64,000 bases of DNA from Sporosarcina ureae (GTDB lineage: Bacteria; Bacillota; Bacilli; Bacillales_A; Planococcaceae). Positions within the stretch are counted from its first letter, which is position 1. Each line of letters opens with the position of its first letter. Shown here in pieces: positions 54,476-64,000 of the stretch. Location of the stretch: NCBI RefSeq assembly GCF_029267015.1, contig NZ_JARIEA010000070.1, forward strand, positions 269-64,268, given 5' to 3'. A program made the translations under genes and the position numbers. Under the pieces are notes generated by a model, which was not told the DNA's origin, ran no database searches, and saw only the letters and a list, made by a program, of their open reading frames with translations.

Positions 54476-55081
54476 ATGAACATGATTATTGGATTAACTG
54501 GAAGTATAGCGAGCGGAAAAAGTACCGTTGCCAATATGTTGCGTGAAAAAGGATACCCGATTGTAGATGCGGATGTCATTGCGAGAGAAGTTGTAGAACC
54601 AGGCAGTCCATTGCTTGATGAGATCCAGCAAACATTCGGTGCAGATGTGTTGCGGGAAGATGGAACGCTACATCGTGAACAGCTCGGAGCAATTGTTTTT
54701 GGTGATGAAACAAAAAGGCAGCAGTTAAATGAATTGATGCATCCTGCAATTAGAAGCCAAATGGTCAAACAGAAGGAAGACTATGTGAACCAAGGCTATC
54801 AAACTGTCATCATGGACATTCCATTACTTTTTGAAAGTAAACTCCATGACTATGTAGAAAGAATTATCGTTGTTTCTGTCACGAAGGAAATTCAAAAGCA
54901 GAGACTGATCGCGCGCAATGAACTAACGGAAGCGGAGGCTGATGCTAGAATTGCCTCTCAATTGGATATGAGCATCAAAGAACAAGGCGCGGATGCGGTG
55001 ATTCACAACAACGATACAGTGGAAGAAACTCAAAAACAGTTGGAAAATATCCTAGAAAAATGGCAAGCGGTACCCAAATAA
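54476..55081 (+). CDS. coaE: Dephospho-CoA kinase
   Basis: IGLTGSIASGKST, DIPLLFE, RIASQ. Confidence 0.96.
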   Translation: MNMIIGLTGSIASGKSTVANMLREKGYPIVDADVIAREVVEPGSPLLDEIQQTFGADVLREDGTLHREQLGAIVFGDETKRQQLNELMHPAIRSQMVKQKEDYVNQGYQTVIMDIPLLFESKLHDYVERIIVVSVTKEIQKQRLIARNELTEAEADARIASQLDMSIKEQGADAVIHNNDTVEETQKQLENILEKWQAVPK

Positions 55082-55137
55082 TTACGTTGGTAAATTAAAT
55101 TGTAGATTTATGATGCAATAGTGTTGGCATAACGATA

Positions 55138-55185
55138 ATATGTGTTATACTAATGAACGATTAAAGATATAAAGTATAACATATA
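55138..55185. promoter_or_regulatory. CcpN-type operator sites upstream of gapB
   Basis: ATATGTGTTATACTAAT (55138-55154) fits the B. subtilis CcpN consensus DDDTGTGYYATACTRDK as recalled; inverted related site AAAGTATAACATATA (55171-55185). Confidence 0.65.
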
Positions 55186-55210
55186 ACATATATGCAGGAG
55201 GATCCCTTTC

Positions 55211-56233
55211 ATGACTACAAAAATTGCTATTAATGGACTCGGCCGTATTGGACGAATGGTATTCCGTCAAATTATTAAGGAAGATGATGTGAATCTAGTT
55301 GCGGTAAATGCTACATATCCAGCAGAAACTATTGCACATCTTTTGAAATATGACTCAACACATGGCGTGTTCGATGGTGAGATTATAGCGGAAGAAAACG
55401 CAATCGTTGTTGACGGTAAACGTGTGCAACTGATTACTGAGCGCGACCCTTCGAAATTGCCTTGGAAAGAACTTGGTGTAGATATCGTGATCGAATCAAC
55501 AGGCGTATTCAACTCACGCGAGAAAGCTGCACTTCATTTGGAATCAGGAGCGAAGAAAGTAATTTTAACGGCACCAGGTAAAAATGAAGATGTAACAATA
55601 GTTCTCGGAGTGAATGACGACAAATTAGATGTTGAAAATCATAGTGTAATTTCAAACGCAAGTTGTACAACAAACTGTTTGGCGCCGGTCGCAAAAGTAT
55701 TGAATGATGAATTTGGTATCGTAAACGGCCTCATGACAACTGTACATGCGTATACAAATGATCAGAAGAACTTAGATAACCCTCATAAAGATTTACGTCG
55801 TGCGCGTTCTTGTGGTGAGTCTATCATTCCAACATCAACAGGTGCTGCAAAAGCTTTGTCTCTCGTACTACCTGAGCTTCAAGGAAAGATTCACGGCTTG
55901 GCACTACGTATCCCCACACCGAACGTTTCGCTAGTGGACTTAGTAGTAGACGTTGAGAAAGATGTGACGGTTGAAGAAGTAAACAATGCGTTCCGTAAAG
56001 CAGCAGAAGGCTCGATGAAAGGCATTCTTCGCTTTACTACTGAACCACTTGTCTCGATCGACTTCAATACGACAACAGAATCTGCAACACTTGATGGACT
56101 TTCTACCATGGTTATGGGTGATCGTAAAATCAAAGTACTTGCTTGGTATGACAATGAGTGGGGTTATTCAGCACGTGTTGTGCAATTGGCGAAAAAAGTC
56201 GCTGCTGCATTAACGGACAAAGTAACTTCTTAA
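55211..56233 (+). CDS. gapB: Gluconeogenic NAD(P)-dependent glyceraldehyde-3-phosphate dehydrogenase
   Basis: INGLGRIGR, SNASCTTNC; VNATYP instead of ND-L (NADP-type); position after coaE. Confidence 0.93.
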   Translation: MTTKIAINGLGRIGRMVFRQIIKEDDVNLVAVNATYPAETIAHLLKYDSTHGVFDGEIIAEENAIVVDGKRVQLITERDPSKLPWKELGVDIVIESTGVFNSREKAALHLESGAKKVILTAPGKNEDVTIVLGVNDDKLDVENHSVISNASCTTNCLAPVAKVLNDEFGIVNGLMTTVHAYTNDQKNLDNPHKDLRRARSCGESIIPTSTGAAKALSLVLPELQGKIHGLALRIPTPNVSLVDLVVDVEKDVTVEEVNNAFRKAAEGSMKGILRFTTEPLVSIDFNTTTESATLDGLSTMVMGDRKIKVLAWYDNEWGYSARVVQLAKKVAAALTDKVTS

Positions 56234-56244
56234 TGAATGAATCG

Positions 56245-56274
56245 GCACTTCATCTTACGAGATGAAGTGCTTTT
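56245..56274 (+). terminator. Terminator after gapB
   Basis: GCACTTCATCT-TACG-AGATGAAGTGC plus TTTT. Confidence 0.85.
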
Positions 56275-56349
56275 CTATGTCCGTTTGTTGTTGTACGGTT
56301 AGTTTCTGTTATAATGAAAAGTACTAATGAATATGCGGAGGAACTAACT

Positions 56350-56817
56350 ATGTTATGTCCAGCTTGTCACTACAACGGAACACGCGTGATTGATTCACGG
56401 CCTGCGGAAGAAAACCATTCGATTCGAAGAAGACGTGAGTGCGAAAAATGCAGTTTTCGTTTCACTACATTTGAAAAAGTAGAGCATTCTCCGTTAGTTG
56501 TCGTAAAGAAAGATAAGACACGCGAAGAATTTAGCGGTGAAAAGTTGCTGAGAGGGTTAATTCGCGCTTGTGAAAAGCGTGCGGTCCCGATTGAACAATT
56601 AAAAGAAATCGTAGTTTCTATCGAAAAAGAACTGAGAAGCTCAGGAAATGTCGAAATAGATTCTGAACAAGTAGGAGAAATGGTGATGGAGCGCTTAGTG
56701 GATGTAGATGAGGTAGCGTATGTTCGATTCGCATCTGTCTATCGCCATTACAAAGACATCACAGTCTTTATTGACGAATTACAACAATTACAAAACAGGA
56801 AAGATGAACAAAAGTAA
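56350..56817 (+). CDS. nrdR: Transcriptional repressor NrdR
   Basis: CPAC...[21 protein letters not shown] cone, AYVRFASVY. Confidence 0.97.
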   Translation: MLCPACHYNGTRVIDSRPAEENHSIRRRRECEKCSFRFTTFEKVEHSPLVVVKKDKTREEFSGEKLLRGLIRACEKRAVPIEQLKEIVVSIEKELRSSGNVEIDSEQVGEMVMERLVDVDEVAYVRFASVYRHYKDITVFIDELQQLQNRKDEQK

Positions 56818-56850
56818 GGCGTTTAACTAGAAGGGGAGGCGATTGTCGAA

Positions 56851-58212
56851 ATGCTTTACACAGAGTTGCAGCCTGTCGATTCCTTCGAAGTGAAATTAGC
56901 ACATCCTTTTTCTGCGTACGACCGACAGATGCTTACATTATTCTATCAGCCACTTATCGGTCCTGAAGCGATCAGTTTATTTATGACGCTATGGACGGAT
57001 GCGGAGAGCAAGGAACCGCAAGAACATACCCACTATTACTTAATGAATATGTCCTCTTTTCCACTTCAATCTATTTTTGAAGCACGGATTTCATTGGAAG
57101 CTATAGGATTATTACGAACGTATAAGAAAAAACATGAAGTAGATAAGCGGTCTTTCCTTTATGAACTATTACCACCGCTTGACGCACCTTCTTTTTTCAA
57201 TGACCCGCTTTTATCTACATTTTTATTCAGTAAGATCGGGGAGCAGCCGTATCGTCAATTACGTGGCCGATTTTTAGAAGAGCCGATTGCGAAAGAAGAG
57301 TATCACGATATCTCAAGAACGTTTTTAGATGTCTATAAACCAGCAAGAGGCGATCAAGCGATGGAATTGACTGCAGGAATGCAGTTTCAAGGGAAAAGTG
57401 AACCACCCGGCATACCCTTTTATGTAGCTAATTTTAATTTCGATTTATTTTATAATGGTTTATCTGAACAAATGATCCCTAAAGCTTCGTTACGAACTAT
57501 TTCTCAGGAAATGATTGCGATGCTAGCTTTCTTGTATTCACTCAGTCCGCTCGATATGCAAAAAGTCGTCATGATTGCGATGGATGAAAATCATCAGCTG
57601 ACAGAAGAAAAAGTTCGAAAGGCAGCTGCGGAGTTTTATAAGATGAATACGTCAATGCAACCGCCTAAATTGCAGTCGGTGTTTACACAGCCGATTGTCG
57701 ATGAAGTACCAAAAGAGAACATGAGTCGTGATGAAGAATTACTATTTTATTTGGAACATACACCACCGAAAGAAATGTTGCGCAAAGTGAGTAAGAAAGA
57801 ACCTTTCCTAGTGGATATCCAGCTCGCTGAACGATTGATCAATTTACACAAGTTTCCGGTTGGCGTCGTCAATGTCTTGTTACAATATGTGATGTTGCGT
57901 AATGATGGTAAAATCACGAGTAGTTTTGTGGAACGTATTGCTTCGCATTGGGCGAATAAACAAGTAAATGATGCGAAAACGGCTTTGAAGTTATCCAGAG
58001 AAGAACATGACCAATACATGAAATGGCTTAAAGAAGGCAAGCAATCCACACCAAGAAATCGAAAAACAACTAGGGAAGAAAAAGTTCCCGAATGGTTTAA
58101 CAAGCGTGATAAAAAGAATGAGAAATCCGAAAAAACTAATGATTTCAATGTTGAAGAAGAGCGCCAAAAGTTATTGAAAGAATTGGGGATTCAAGAATCA
58201 GAGGTGAAATAA
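56851..58212 (+). CDS. dnaB: Replication initiation and membrane attachment protein DnaB
   Basis: LFYQPLIG, LEAIGLL, DnaD-like domain, IASHW, EKVPEWF. Confidence 0.92.
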   Translation: MLYTELQPVDSFEVKLAHPFSAYDRQMLTLFYQPLIGPEAISLFMTLWTDAESKEPQEHTHYYLMNMSSFPLQSIFEARISLEAIGLLRTYKKKHEVDKRSFLYELLPPLDAPSFFNDPLLSTFLFSKIGEQPYRQLRGRFLEEPIAKEEYHDISRTFLDVYKPARGDQAMELTAGMQFQGKSEPPGIPFYVANFNFDLFYNGLSEQMIPKASLRTISQEMIAMLAFLYSLSPLDMQKVVMIAMDENHQLTEEKVRKAAAEFYKMNTSMQPPKLQSVFTQPIVDEVPKENMSRDEELLFYLEHTPPKEMLRKVSKKEPFLVDIQLAERLINLHKFPVGVVNVLLQYVMLRNDGKITSSFVERIASHWANKQVNDAKTALKLSREEHDQYMKWLKEGKQSTPRNRKTTREEKVPEWFNKRDKKNEKSEKTNDFNVEEERQKLLKELGIQESEVK

Positions 58213-58213
58213 C

Positions 58214-59155
58214 ATGGAACGAATTGGAGATGCGATGAAACGAGTAGTTAATGCTCCTTCATTAGCCCAAAAATACGACGAACTTCGAACAGAAGTGATG
58301 GAAGATCCAGGTGTCCAACATTTCATTCACGAACATTCAGATGAAATAAACACAGAAGTAGTCAACCGCAGTTTGGGTAAGTTATATGAATACACTACCG
58401 CTTCCCATGCTTGTGAGCGCTGTCCGAATCTAGATGGATGCATAAATGTCATGAAAGGCTTTGAGCCGAAATTAGTCATAGCACAGCGCCTTATTGATAT
58501 TGACTACATCATCTGTCCTACGAAGCAATTGGAAGATGAACGTAGAAACATCTCTAAAATGGTCAATAGCATGTACATGCCTAGAGAAGTCATGGAAGCG
58601 CGCTTATCTAACGTTGACTTCCTTTCAGAAGATAGTCGCGTGATCGTTATGCGGGCTGCTAAAGACTTCTTGAATCAAATCGAGTCTACCGGTAAGGTTC
58701 CGGAACGTGGATTCTATCTATTCGGTAACTTTGGTATTGGAAAGTCCTTCATTTTAGGTGCGTTAGCGAATGAATTGGCGACTAGACGTATACAGACTGT
58801 CGTTGTCTATGTACCAGAATTCCTTCGCGAAATGAAACAGTCCATCCAAAACCAAACACTAGACGAAAAAGTGGAATTCGTAAAACGAGCTCCAGTATTG
58901 ATGCTCGATGATATCGGTGCGGAAACGATGTCAACGTGGACAAGGGATGAAGTGCTAGGCACCATCTTGCAGTACCGTATGGCTGAAAAGTTGCCAGTAT
59001 TCTTCACCTCCAATTTTAATTACAATGAATTGGAACACCATCTAACAACGAGTCAGCGTGGAGAAAAAGAGCCTATTAAAGCGGCACGAATTATGGAGAG
59101 GATCCGCATGGTCAGCCAACCATTCAAACTCGGTGGCGAGAACTGGCGGGATTAA
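58214..59155 (+). CDS. dnaI: Primosomal helicase loader DnaI
   Basis: Zn-binding CERCPNLDGC, Walker A GNFGIGKS, LDDIGAE, RIMERI. Confidence 0.96.
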   Translation: MERIGDAMKRVVNAPSLAQKYDELRTEVMEDPGVQHFIHEHSDEINTEVVNRSLGKLYEYTTASHACERCPNLDGCINVMKGFEPKLVIAQRLIDIDYIICPTKQLEDERRNISKMVNSMYMPREVMEARLSNVDFLSEDSRVIVMRAAKDFLNQIESTGKVPERGFYLFGNFGIGKSFILGALANELATRRIQTVVVYVPEFLREMKQSIQNQTLDEKVEFVKRAPVLMLDDIGAETMSTWTRDEVLGTILQYRMAEKLPVFFTSNFNYNELEHHLTTSQRGEKEPIKAARIMERIRMVSQPFKLGGENWRD

Positions 59156-59200
59156 TTATTCAACATGCACGGCTTTGTTGAAATAATTAATAAAATATAC

Positions 59201-59229
59201 TTGCAATTACGCTCAGACTTTTCTATACT
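59201..59229 (+). promoter_or_regulatory. sigA promoter of the thrS leader
   Basis: TTGCAA-N17-TATACT. Confidence 0.75.
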
Positions 59230-59261
59230 ATTTACACAGTTCAACATAAATAAAATGTCTA

Positions 59262-59505
59262 AATGCATCGAAGAGGACAATAATTTATTTTTCACCTATC
59301 CAGAGAACAGGGGCATGGCTGAGACCCTTGTAGGCAGAAGGTAAATTTACCACCTCCGAGCAGCATCAGTGAAAGTAAGTAGCTGATGACGGTAACGGCC
59401 TGTTAGCCGATCGAAAGCTTCGGTCTTTTCGCTTTTTTGCGAATGGAAGGAAGAAGGGTGGAACCACGAGCTCAAGCCTCGTCCCTTTAGGGATGAGGCT
59501 TTTTT
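59262..59505 (+). ncRNA. T-box riboswitch (Thr, specifier ACC)
   Basis: AGAGA and GGCTGA motifs; ACC-A-CCTC at 59349-59356 pairing with GAGG 59273-59276; AAGGGTGGAACCACG; terminator AAGCCTCGTCCC/GGGATGAGGCTT-TTTT. Confidence 0.95.
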
Positions 59506-59535
59506 GCGTTCAAAAAAAGAAAGGGAGTCATACAA

Positions 59536-61470
59536 ATGTCAGAAAACATTCAATTGAAATTTCCAGACGGTGCAGTAAAAGAATTTGAGAACGGTGTAAC
59601 AACGGAAGAAATCGCAGGCTCCATCAGTCCTGGATTACGCAAAAGCGCATTGGCAGGGAAGATTGGAGACCAATTAATCGATTTAAAATCTCCAATCCAT
59701 ACAGATGGTGATATTAGCATCATTACTCCAACATCAGATGAAGCATTGGACATTTTACGCCATAGTACGGCTCACCTTTTGGCTCAAGCCGTCAAACGTA
59801 AATTCCCAGATGCGAAACTAGGAATAGGTCCTACTATCGATAATGGATTCTATTATGATATCGATTCACCTACACCGATTACAGCTGAAGACTTACCTGA
59901 ATTAGAAAAAGAAATGAAACGTATTATCGGTGAAAACTTGCCGATCATTCGTCACGATGTATCTCGTGCAGAAGCGGAAAAACGTTTCAAAGAAATTGAT
60001 GATGAATACAAATTAGAACTTCTTGAAGCGATTCCTGAAGATCAACAAGTCTCTATTTATGAACAAGGTGAATTTTTCGACTTATGCCGCGGAATCCACG
60101 TTCCATCGACAGGTAAACTAAAAGAATTCAAGTTATTAAGCATCGCAGGAGCGTATTGGAGAGGGAACTCGGATAATAAAATGCTTCAGCGTATCTATGG
60201 AACAGCTTTCTTCAAAAAAGATGAGTTGAAAGAACATTTGCGCATGCTTGAAGAAGCGAAAGAGCGTGATCACCGTAAAATCGGTAAAGAATTGAATCTC
60301 TTCACGAATTCACAAAAAGTCGGTCAAGGTCTTCCGTTGTGGTTGCCAAAAGGTTCTACCATCCGACGCGTAATAGAGCGCTATATCGTAGATAAAGAAG
60401 AAAGATTAGGTTACCAGCACGTATACACTCCAGTACTAGGAAGTGTAGAACTTTATAAAACTTCAGGGCACTGGGATCACTACCAAGACAGTATGTTCCC
60501 TGCAATGAGCATGGACAATGAAGATCTAGTACTACGTCCGATGAACTGTCCGCATCACATGATGATTTATAAAAATGGTATTCATTCATACCGTAACTTG
60601 CCACTTCGTTTGGCAGAACTTGGCACAATGCACCGTTATGAAATGTCTGGAGCACTTTCAGGTCTTCAACGTGTACGCGGAATGACATTAAACGATGCGC
60701 ATATCTTCGTGCGTCCGGATCAGATTAAAGAAGAGTTTAAACGTGTTGTCATGTTGATCATTGAAGTATATAAAGACTTCAATATTAAAGATTATTCATT
60801 CCGTCTATCGTATCGCGATCCTGAAGATACAACGAAATATTTTGATGACGATGAGATGTGGGAACGCGCACAAGCTATGTTAAAAGAAGCGATGGATGAG
60901 ATGGAGCTTCCGTATACAGAAGAAGAAGGCGAAGCAGCATTCTACGGTCCGAAGCTGGATGTACAAGTTAAAACAGCAATTGGTATGGAAGAAACTCTTT
61001 CTACTGCCCAGCTTGATTTCTTATTGCCAGAGCGCTTTGATCTCACATATATCGGTGAAGACGGCAAGCAACATCGTCCAGTTGTAATCCACCGTGGTGT
61101 CGTATCTACAATGGAACGTTTTGTAGCGTTCTTAATTGAAGAGTATAAAGGAGCTTTCCCTACATGGTTAGCGCCGATCCAAGTTGAACTGATTCCGGTG
61201 TCGTCTGACGTTCACCTCGACTATGCGGAAGATGTGAAAGAAAAGCTTACGATGGCTGGTTTCCGAGTAGATGTTGACAGTCGTGACGAAAAGCTTGGCT
61301 ATAAAATTCGTGAAGCCCAAGTACAAAAAGTTCCGTACATGCTTGTACTTGGTGATCGTGAAATGGAAGCTGGCGAAGTGAACGTTCGTAAATATGGCGA
61401 ACAAAATTCCGAAAGCATGTCGTTCGAAGCATTTCTTGAGGCAATTAAAGAAGATGTTAAGAAGGACTGA
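59536..61470 (+). CDS. thrS: Threonine--tRNA ligase
   Basis: [38 protein letters not shown]. Confidence 0.98.
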   Translation: MSENIQLKFPDGAVKEFENGVTTEEIAGSISPGLRKSALAGKIGDQLIDLKSPIHTDGDISIITPTSDEALDILRHSTAHLLAQAVKRKFPDAKLGIGPTIDNGFYYDIDSPTPITAEDLPELEKEMKRIIGENLPIIRHDVSRAEAEKRFKEIDDEYKLELLEAIPEDQQVSIYEQGEFFDLCRGIHVPSTGKLKEFKLLSIAGAYWRGNSDNKMLQRIYGTAFFKKDELKEHLRMLEEAKERDHRKIGKELNLFTNSQKVGQGLPLWLPKGSTIRRVIERYIVDKEERLGYQHVYTPVLGSVELYKTSGHWDHYQDSMFPAMSMDNEDLVLRPMNCPHHMMIYKNGIHSYRNLPLRLAELGTMHRYEMSGALSGLQRVRGMTLNDAHIFVRPDQIKEEFKRVVMLIIEVYKDFNIKDYSFRLSYRDPEDTTKYFDDDEMWERAQAMLKEAMDEMELPYTEEEGEAAFYGPKLDVQVKTAIGMEETLSTAQLDFLLPERFDLTYIGEDGKQHRPVVIHRGVVSTMERFVAFLIEEYKGAFPTWLAPIQVELIPVSSDVHLDYAEDVKEKLTMAGFRVDVDSRDEKLGYKIREAQVQKVPYMLVLGDREMEAGEVNVRKYGEQNSESMSFEAFLEAIKEDVKKD

Positions 61471-61557
61471 TAGATAGAAGAAGGTGTTTGCGGGAGCCGC
61501 CCGCAAGCCCTTTAGTAAGTTTAAAAGCGTAACTAGCACTTGCAATGAAAATAATAG

Positions 61558-61675
61558 TTGCAATAGTAAACACTATGCGCTATACTTAAAAAGTTGAATT
61601 AATTCAAACATAACCTATGTATCCAACAACATGATCTACAGAGTTGTTGACAAACGATACGAGACATGGTAATAT
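61558..61675 (+). promoter_or_regulatory. Two tandem sigA promoters for infC-rpmI-rplT
   Basis: TTGCAA-N17-TATACT (61558-61586) and TTGACA-N17-TAATAT with TG extension (61647-61675). Confidence 0.65.
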
Positions 61676-61699
61676 AAATAAGGTTAACTGAATACAGTT

Positions 61700-61842
61700 T
61701 GTGGTATAAGAAGAGGCTACCCGCTTCTCACCTGATCGACGCAATGTAGTTGTTGCCAGGTTAGCACATTTAGTGATTTCTATGCATACGTGCATAGGTT
61801 ACTTGCGCGGGTAGACAAATCATAATTTGTCTACTTTTTTTA
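61700..61842 (+). ncRNA. Ribosomal protein L20 leader (attenuator)
   Basis: ACCCGCTTCTCACCTGAT motif; CTACCCGC pairs with GCGGGTAG, which overlaps terminator GTAGACAAAT/ATTTGTCTAC-TTTTTT. Confidence 0.85.
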
Positions 61843-61937
61843 TTTCGTAAAATGGATGGACCTGTGGGACCTTTAAGTCGGACAATCCGACATACCAAAA
61901 CGTGTATTCACGAGACAATATTCGGAGGTGGATTACT

Positions 61938-62456
61938 ATTAGCAAAGACATGTACGTAAATGATGGTATCCGAGCACGTGAGCTGCGATTAATTGATCAC
62001 AACGGCGAACAACTCGGTATCAAAACGCGTAATGAAGCTTTAGAAATTGCTGCTCAAGCAAACCTGGACTTAGTTCTTGTTGCTCCACAAGCGAAGCCCC
62101 CAGTAGCTCGTGTTATGGACCATGGAAAGTTCAAGTTCGAACAGCAAAAGAAAGAGCGTGAAGTACGTAAGAACCAAAAGATCATCAACATGAAAGAAGT
62201 TCGACTTAGTCCAACAATTGATGAGCATGATTTCCAAACGAAACTTCGTAACGGAATCAAGTTCCTTGAAAATGGGGATAAGGTAAAAGCTTCGATTCGT
62301 TTCCGCGGTCGTGCCATTACGCACAAAGAAATTGGCCAAAGAGTTCTTGATCGCTTTGCAGAAGCTTGCAAAGAAGTAGCAACTATTGAAGTTAAGCCCA
62401 AGATGGAAGGCCGGAGCATGTTCTTAATACTTGCACCGCTAGCCGAAAAACAGTAA
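61938..62456 (+). CDS. infC: Translation initiation factor IF-3 (ATT start)
   Basis: GGAGGTG RBS then ATT AGC AAA GAC; [15 protein letters not shown]. Confidence 0.97.
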   Translation: MSKDMYVNDGIRARELRLIDHNGEQLGIKTRNEALEIAAQANLDLVLVAPQAKPPVARVMDHGKFKFEQQKKEREVRKNQKIINMKEVRLSPTIDEHDFQTKLRNGIKFLENGDKVKASIRFRGRAITHKEIGQRVLDRFAEACKEVATIEVKPKMEGRSMFLILAPLAEKQ

Positions 62457-62482
62457 GACGAACAATTTAGGAGGAACAGAAC

Positions 62483-62683
62483 ATGCCAAAAATGAAAACA
62501 CACCGCGGTTCCGCGAAACGTTTCAAAAGAACTGGAACTGGTAAATTAAAGCGTGGCCGTGCTTACACAAGTCACCTTTTTGCTAACAAATCTACGAAGG
62601 CTAAACGTCACTTACGTAAGTCTTCACTAGTTTCTTCAGGCGATTACAAGCGTATTCGCGAAATGCTAACAAACATGAAGTAA
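62483..62683 (+). CDS. rpmI: 50S ribosomal protein L35
   Basis: [15 protein letters not shown]. Confidence 0.98.
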   Translation: MPKMKTHRGSAKRFKRTGTGKLKRGRAYTSHLFANKSTKAKRHLRKSSLVSSGDYKRIREMLTNMK

Positions 62684-62725
62684 GATCGAACACACACTTA
62701 TAGGATAAGCAGGAGGTAATGCACT

Positions 62726-63085
62726 ATGCCACGCGTAAAAGGTGGAACAGTAACGCGCAAGCGTCATAAAAAAGTATTAAAATTAGCAAAAGGTTATTTC
62801 GGTTCAAAACATAGACTTTATAAGGTAGCAAACCAACAGGTTATGAAATCTTATAACTATGCTTACCGTGACCGTCGTAACAAAAAACGTGATTTCCGTA
62901 GACTATGGATCACACGTATCAACGCGGCTGCTCGTGTGAATGGTATTTCATACAGCACATTAATGCACGGCTTGAAAGTAGCTGGCATCGATGTAAACCG
63001 TAAGATGCTTGCAGAACTTGCAGTGACAGATGCACCAGCATTTGCACAACTTGCAGAGACAGCAAAAAAATCTGTAGCAAAATAA
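62726..63085 (+). CDS. rplT: 50S ribosomal protein L20
   Basis: [29 protein letters not shown]. Confidence 0.98.
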   Translation: MPRVKGGTVTRKRHKKVLKLAKGYFGSKHRLYKVANQQVMKSYNYAYRDRRNKKRDFRRLWITRINAAARVNGISYSTLMHGLKVAGIDVNRKMLAELAVTDAPAFAQLAETAKKSVAK

Positions 63086-63093
63086 GATGAACC

Positions 63094-63144
63094 AAAATCC
63101 ACTTTCGTTTTCATTCTTATATGGAAATGAAGGTGGATTTTTTT
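63094..63144 (+). terminator. Terminator after rplT
   Basis: AAAATCCAC/GTGGATTTT stem plus TTT. Confidence 0.8.
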
Positions 63145-63164
63145 CGTATGGAGGAATGGCTGAA

Positions 63165-63455
63165 ATGGCGCAAACTCTATTGATTTATATGGTAATCCTG
63201 TCGATCTGGGCATTCGCAGCAATGGGATATGATAAAAAACAATCTAAGAAGAAAAAGCAGCGCATACCAGAAAGAAATCTATGGTTGCTTGCTTTGCTTG
63301 GTGGGGGAGTAGGAGCATACTTTGGTATGCAGTTCTTTCACCACAAAACGAGAAAGACCAATTTTCGTATTGGGTTTCTACTTCTGATGCTACTTGATAT
63401 TGTAATTTTACTTGCAGCATACGGTGTGAAATTACCGGCTACTGTTATGTTTTGA
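63165..63455 (+). CDS. ysdA: DUF1294 (YsdA-like) membrane protein
   Basis: AMGYDKKQS, RIPERNL, GGGVGAYFGMQFFHHKTRK. Confidence 0.9.
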   Translation: MAQTLLIYMVILSIWAFAAMGYDKKQSKKKKQRIPERNLWLLALLGGGVGAYFGMQFFHHKTRKTNFRIGFLLLMLLDIVILLAAYGVKLPATVMF

Positions 63456-63458
63456 CGT

Positions 63459-63493
63459 AAAAAAAGGAAATAGTCGCGAGCAACTATTTCCTT
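63459..63493. terminator. Terminator between convergent ysdA and ysdB
   Basis: AAGGAAATAGT/ACTATTTCCTT stem with upstream A-tract. Confidence 0.7.
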
Positions 63494-63497
63494 CGAA

Positions 63498-63896
63498 TTA
63501 GGATTTCATTAACTGTTCAATTGGATTTTTCCAATTGATTTCGGCATATGGATAATACGTCTGAACTTCCGATTCCAGGAAGTGAAAATCTTCTTTTGTC
63601 ATACCTTGTAATTTAGATTCATTCTTAACCCAAATAAAGATGGAAACTACATCAAATGAATTGGGAGTAGTGCCTAAATACTTCTCACCTTCAAACATTG
63701 CACCTTTGTACGTAATGAAGAAGTTTTTACGGATATTTTTGGCGTCATCATAAAAATAATATTGTTCTTTTTCATACGCTTCGTCTAGCTTTCGCTTGGC
63801 ATCTGTCAAATAGCGAATACCGGCATAAAATAAATAAATGACAAGTGCTATAATGAAGACACGAATTAATAAAATCAATGAAATCAGCTCCTGCAA
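63498..63896 (-). CDS. ysdB: Sigma-W pathway protein YsdB-like
   Basis: KRKLDEAYEKEQYYFYDDAKNIRKNFFITYKGAMFEGEKYLGTT; position after ysdA. Confidence 0.85.
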   Translation of the reverse strand: MQELISLILLIRVFIIALVIYLFYAGIRYLTDAKRKLDEAYEKEQYYFYDDAKNIRKNFFITYKGAMFEGEKYLGTTPNSFDVVSIFIWVKNESKLQGMTKEDFHFLESEVQTYYPYAEINWKNPIEQLMKS

Positions 63897-63972
63897 ATTA
63901 TATAGTACTGTACTATACGGATGAGTAGCATAGAAGGTTTCATTTTAAAGCAAAACGTTGGAGGGAATTCAA

Positions 63973-64000
63973 ATGAAATTACATCAACTATTTGAAATGC
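63973..64000 (+). CDS. 5-prime end of an ORF truncated by the window edge, possibly a dimeric dUTPase
   Basis: GGAGGG RBS then MKLHQLFEM; product guessed only from typical gene order after ysdB. Confidence 0.35.

Noticed and set aside
61902-61937. GTG-initiated N-terminal extension of IF-3 given by the ORF track
   Set aside because: RBS spacing and the known infC ATT start place initiation at 61938. Similar over-long starts were trimmed for yrbG, icd, mdh, nrdR, mutM, ytoI, nrnA and ysdA.

Overview
This 64-kb window is almost entirely core chromosome from a spore-forming Bacillales organism. The gene content and divergent proteins suggest Planococcaceae/Caryophanaceae, e.g. Sporosarcina-like (inference). 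Nearly all genes are on the + strand. It consists of two housekeeping blocks. Block 1 (300-18007): ruvAB-queA-tgt-yajC, yrbG, spoVB, comN, secDF, recJ-apt, rel-dtd, T-box-hisS. Block 2 (18575-64000): acyl-CoA ligase, NAD kinase, sppA, tpx, ytxK, ackA, usp, ald, nrnA, dnaE, GntR-accDA-pfkA-pyk, citZ-icd-mdh, maoC-phoPR, hflKC, polA-mutM-coaE, gapB, nrdR-dnaB-dnaI, T-box-thrS, L20 leader-infC-rpmI-rplT, ysdA/ysdB. I found no rRNA, tRNA, CRISPR, prophage, transposase or defence genes, and I cannot support a wholly new multi-gene system. The unusual signals are mainly non-coding or residue-level: (1) a family of ~135-bp structured repeats with compensatory base changes; (2) a head-to-head pair of them exactly at a hisS->acyl-CoA ligase junction where aspS is missing and the B. 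subtilis block order is permuted; (3) a hisS T-box whose specifier reads AAC (Asn) in the standard register; (4) a 7x21-bp satellite after dtd; (5) a ~500-bp structured intergenic insert before recJ; (6) a candidate FadR/GntR operator controlling accDA-pfkA-pyk; (7) a Tpx without its canonical resolving cysteine; (8) a MaoC-like protein with the catalytic His replaced by Tyr, coupled to phoPR.
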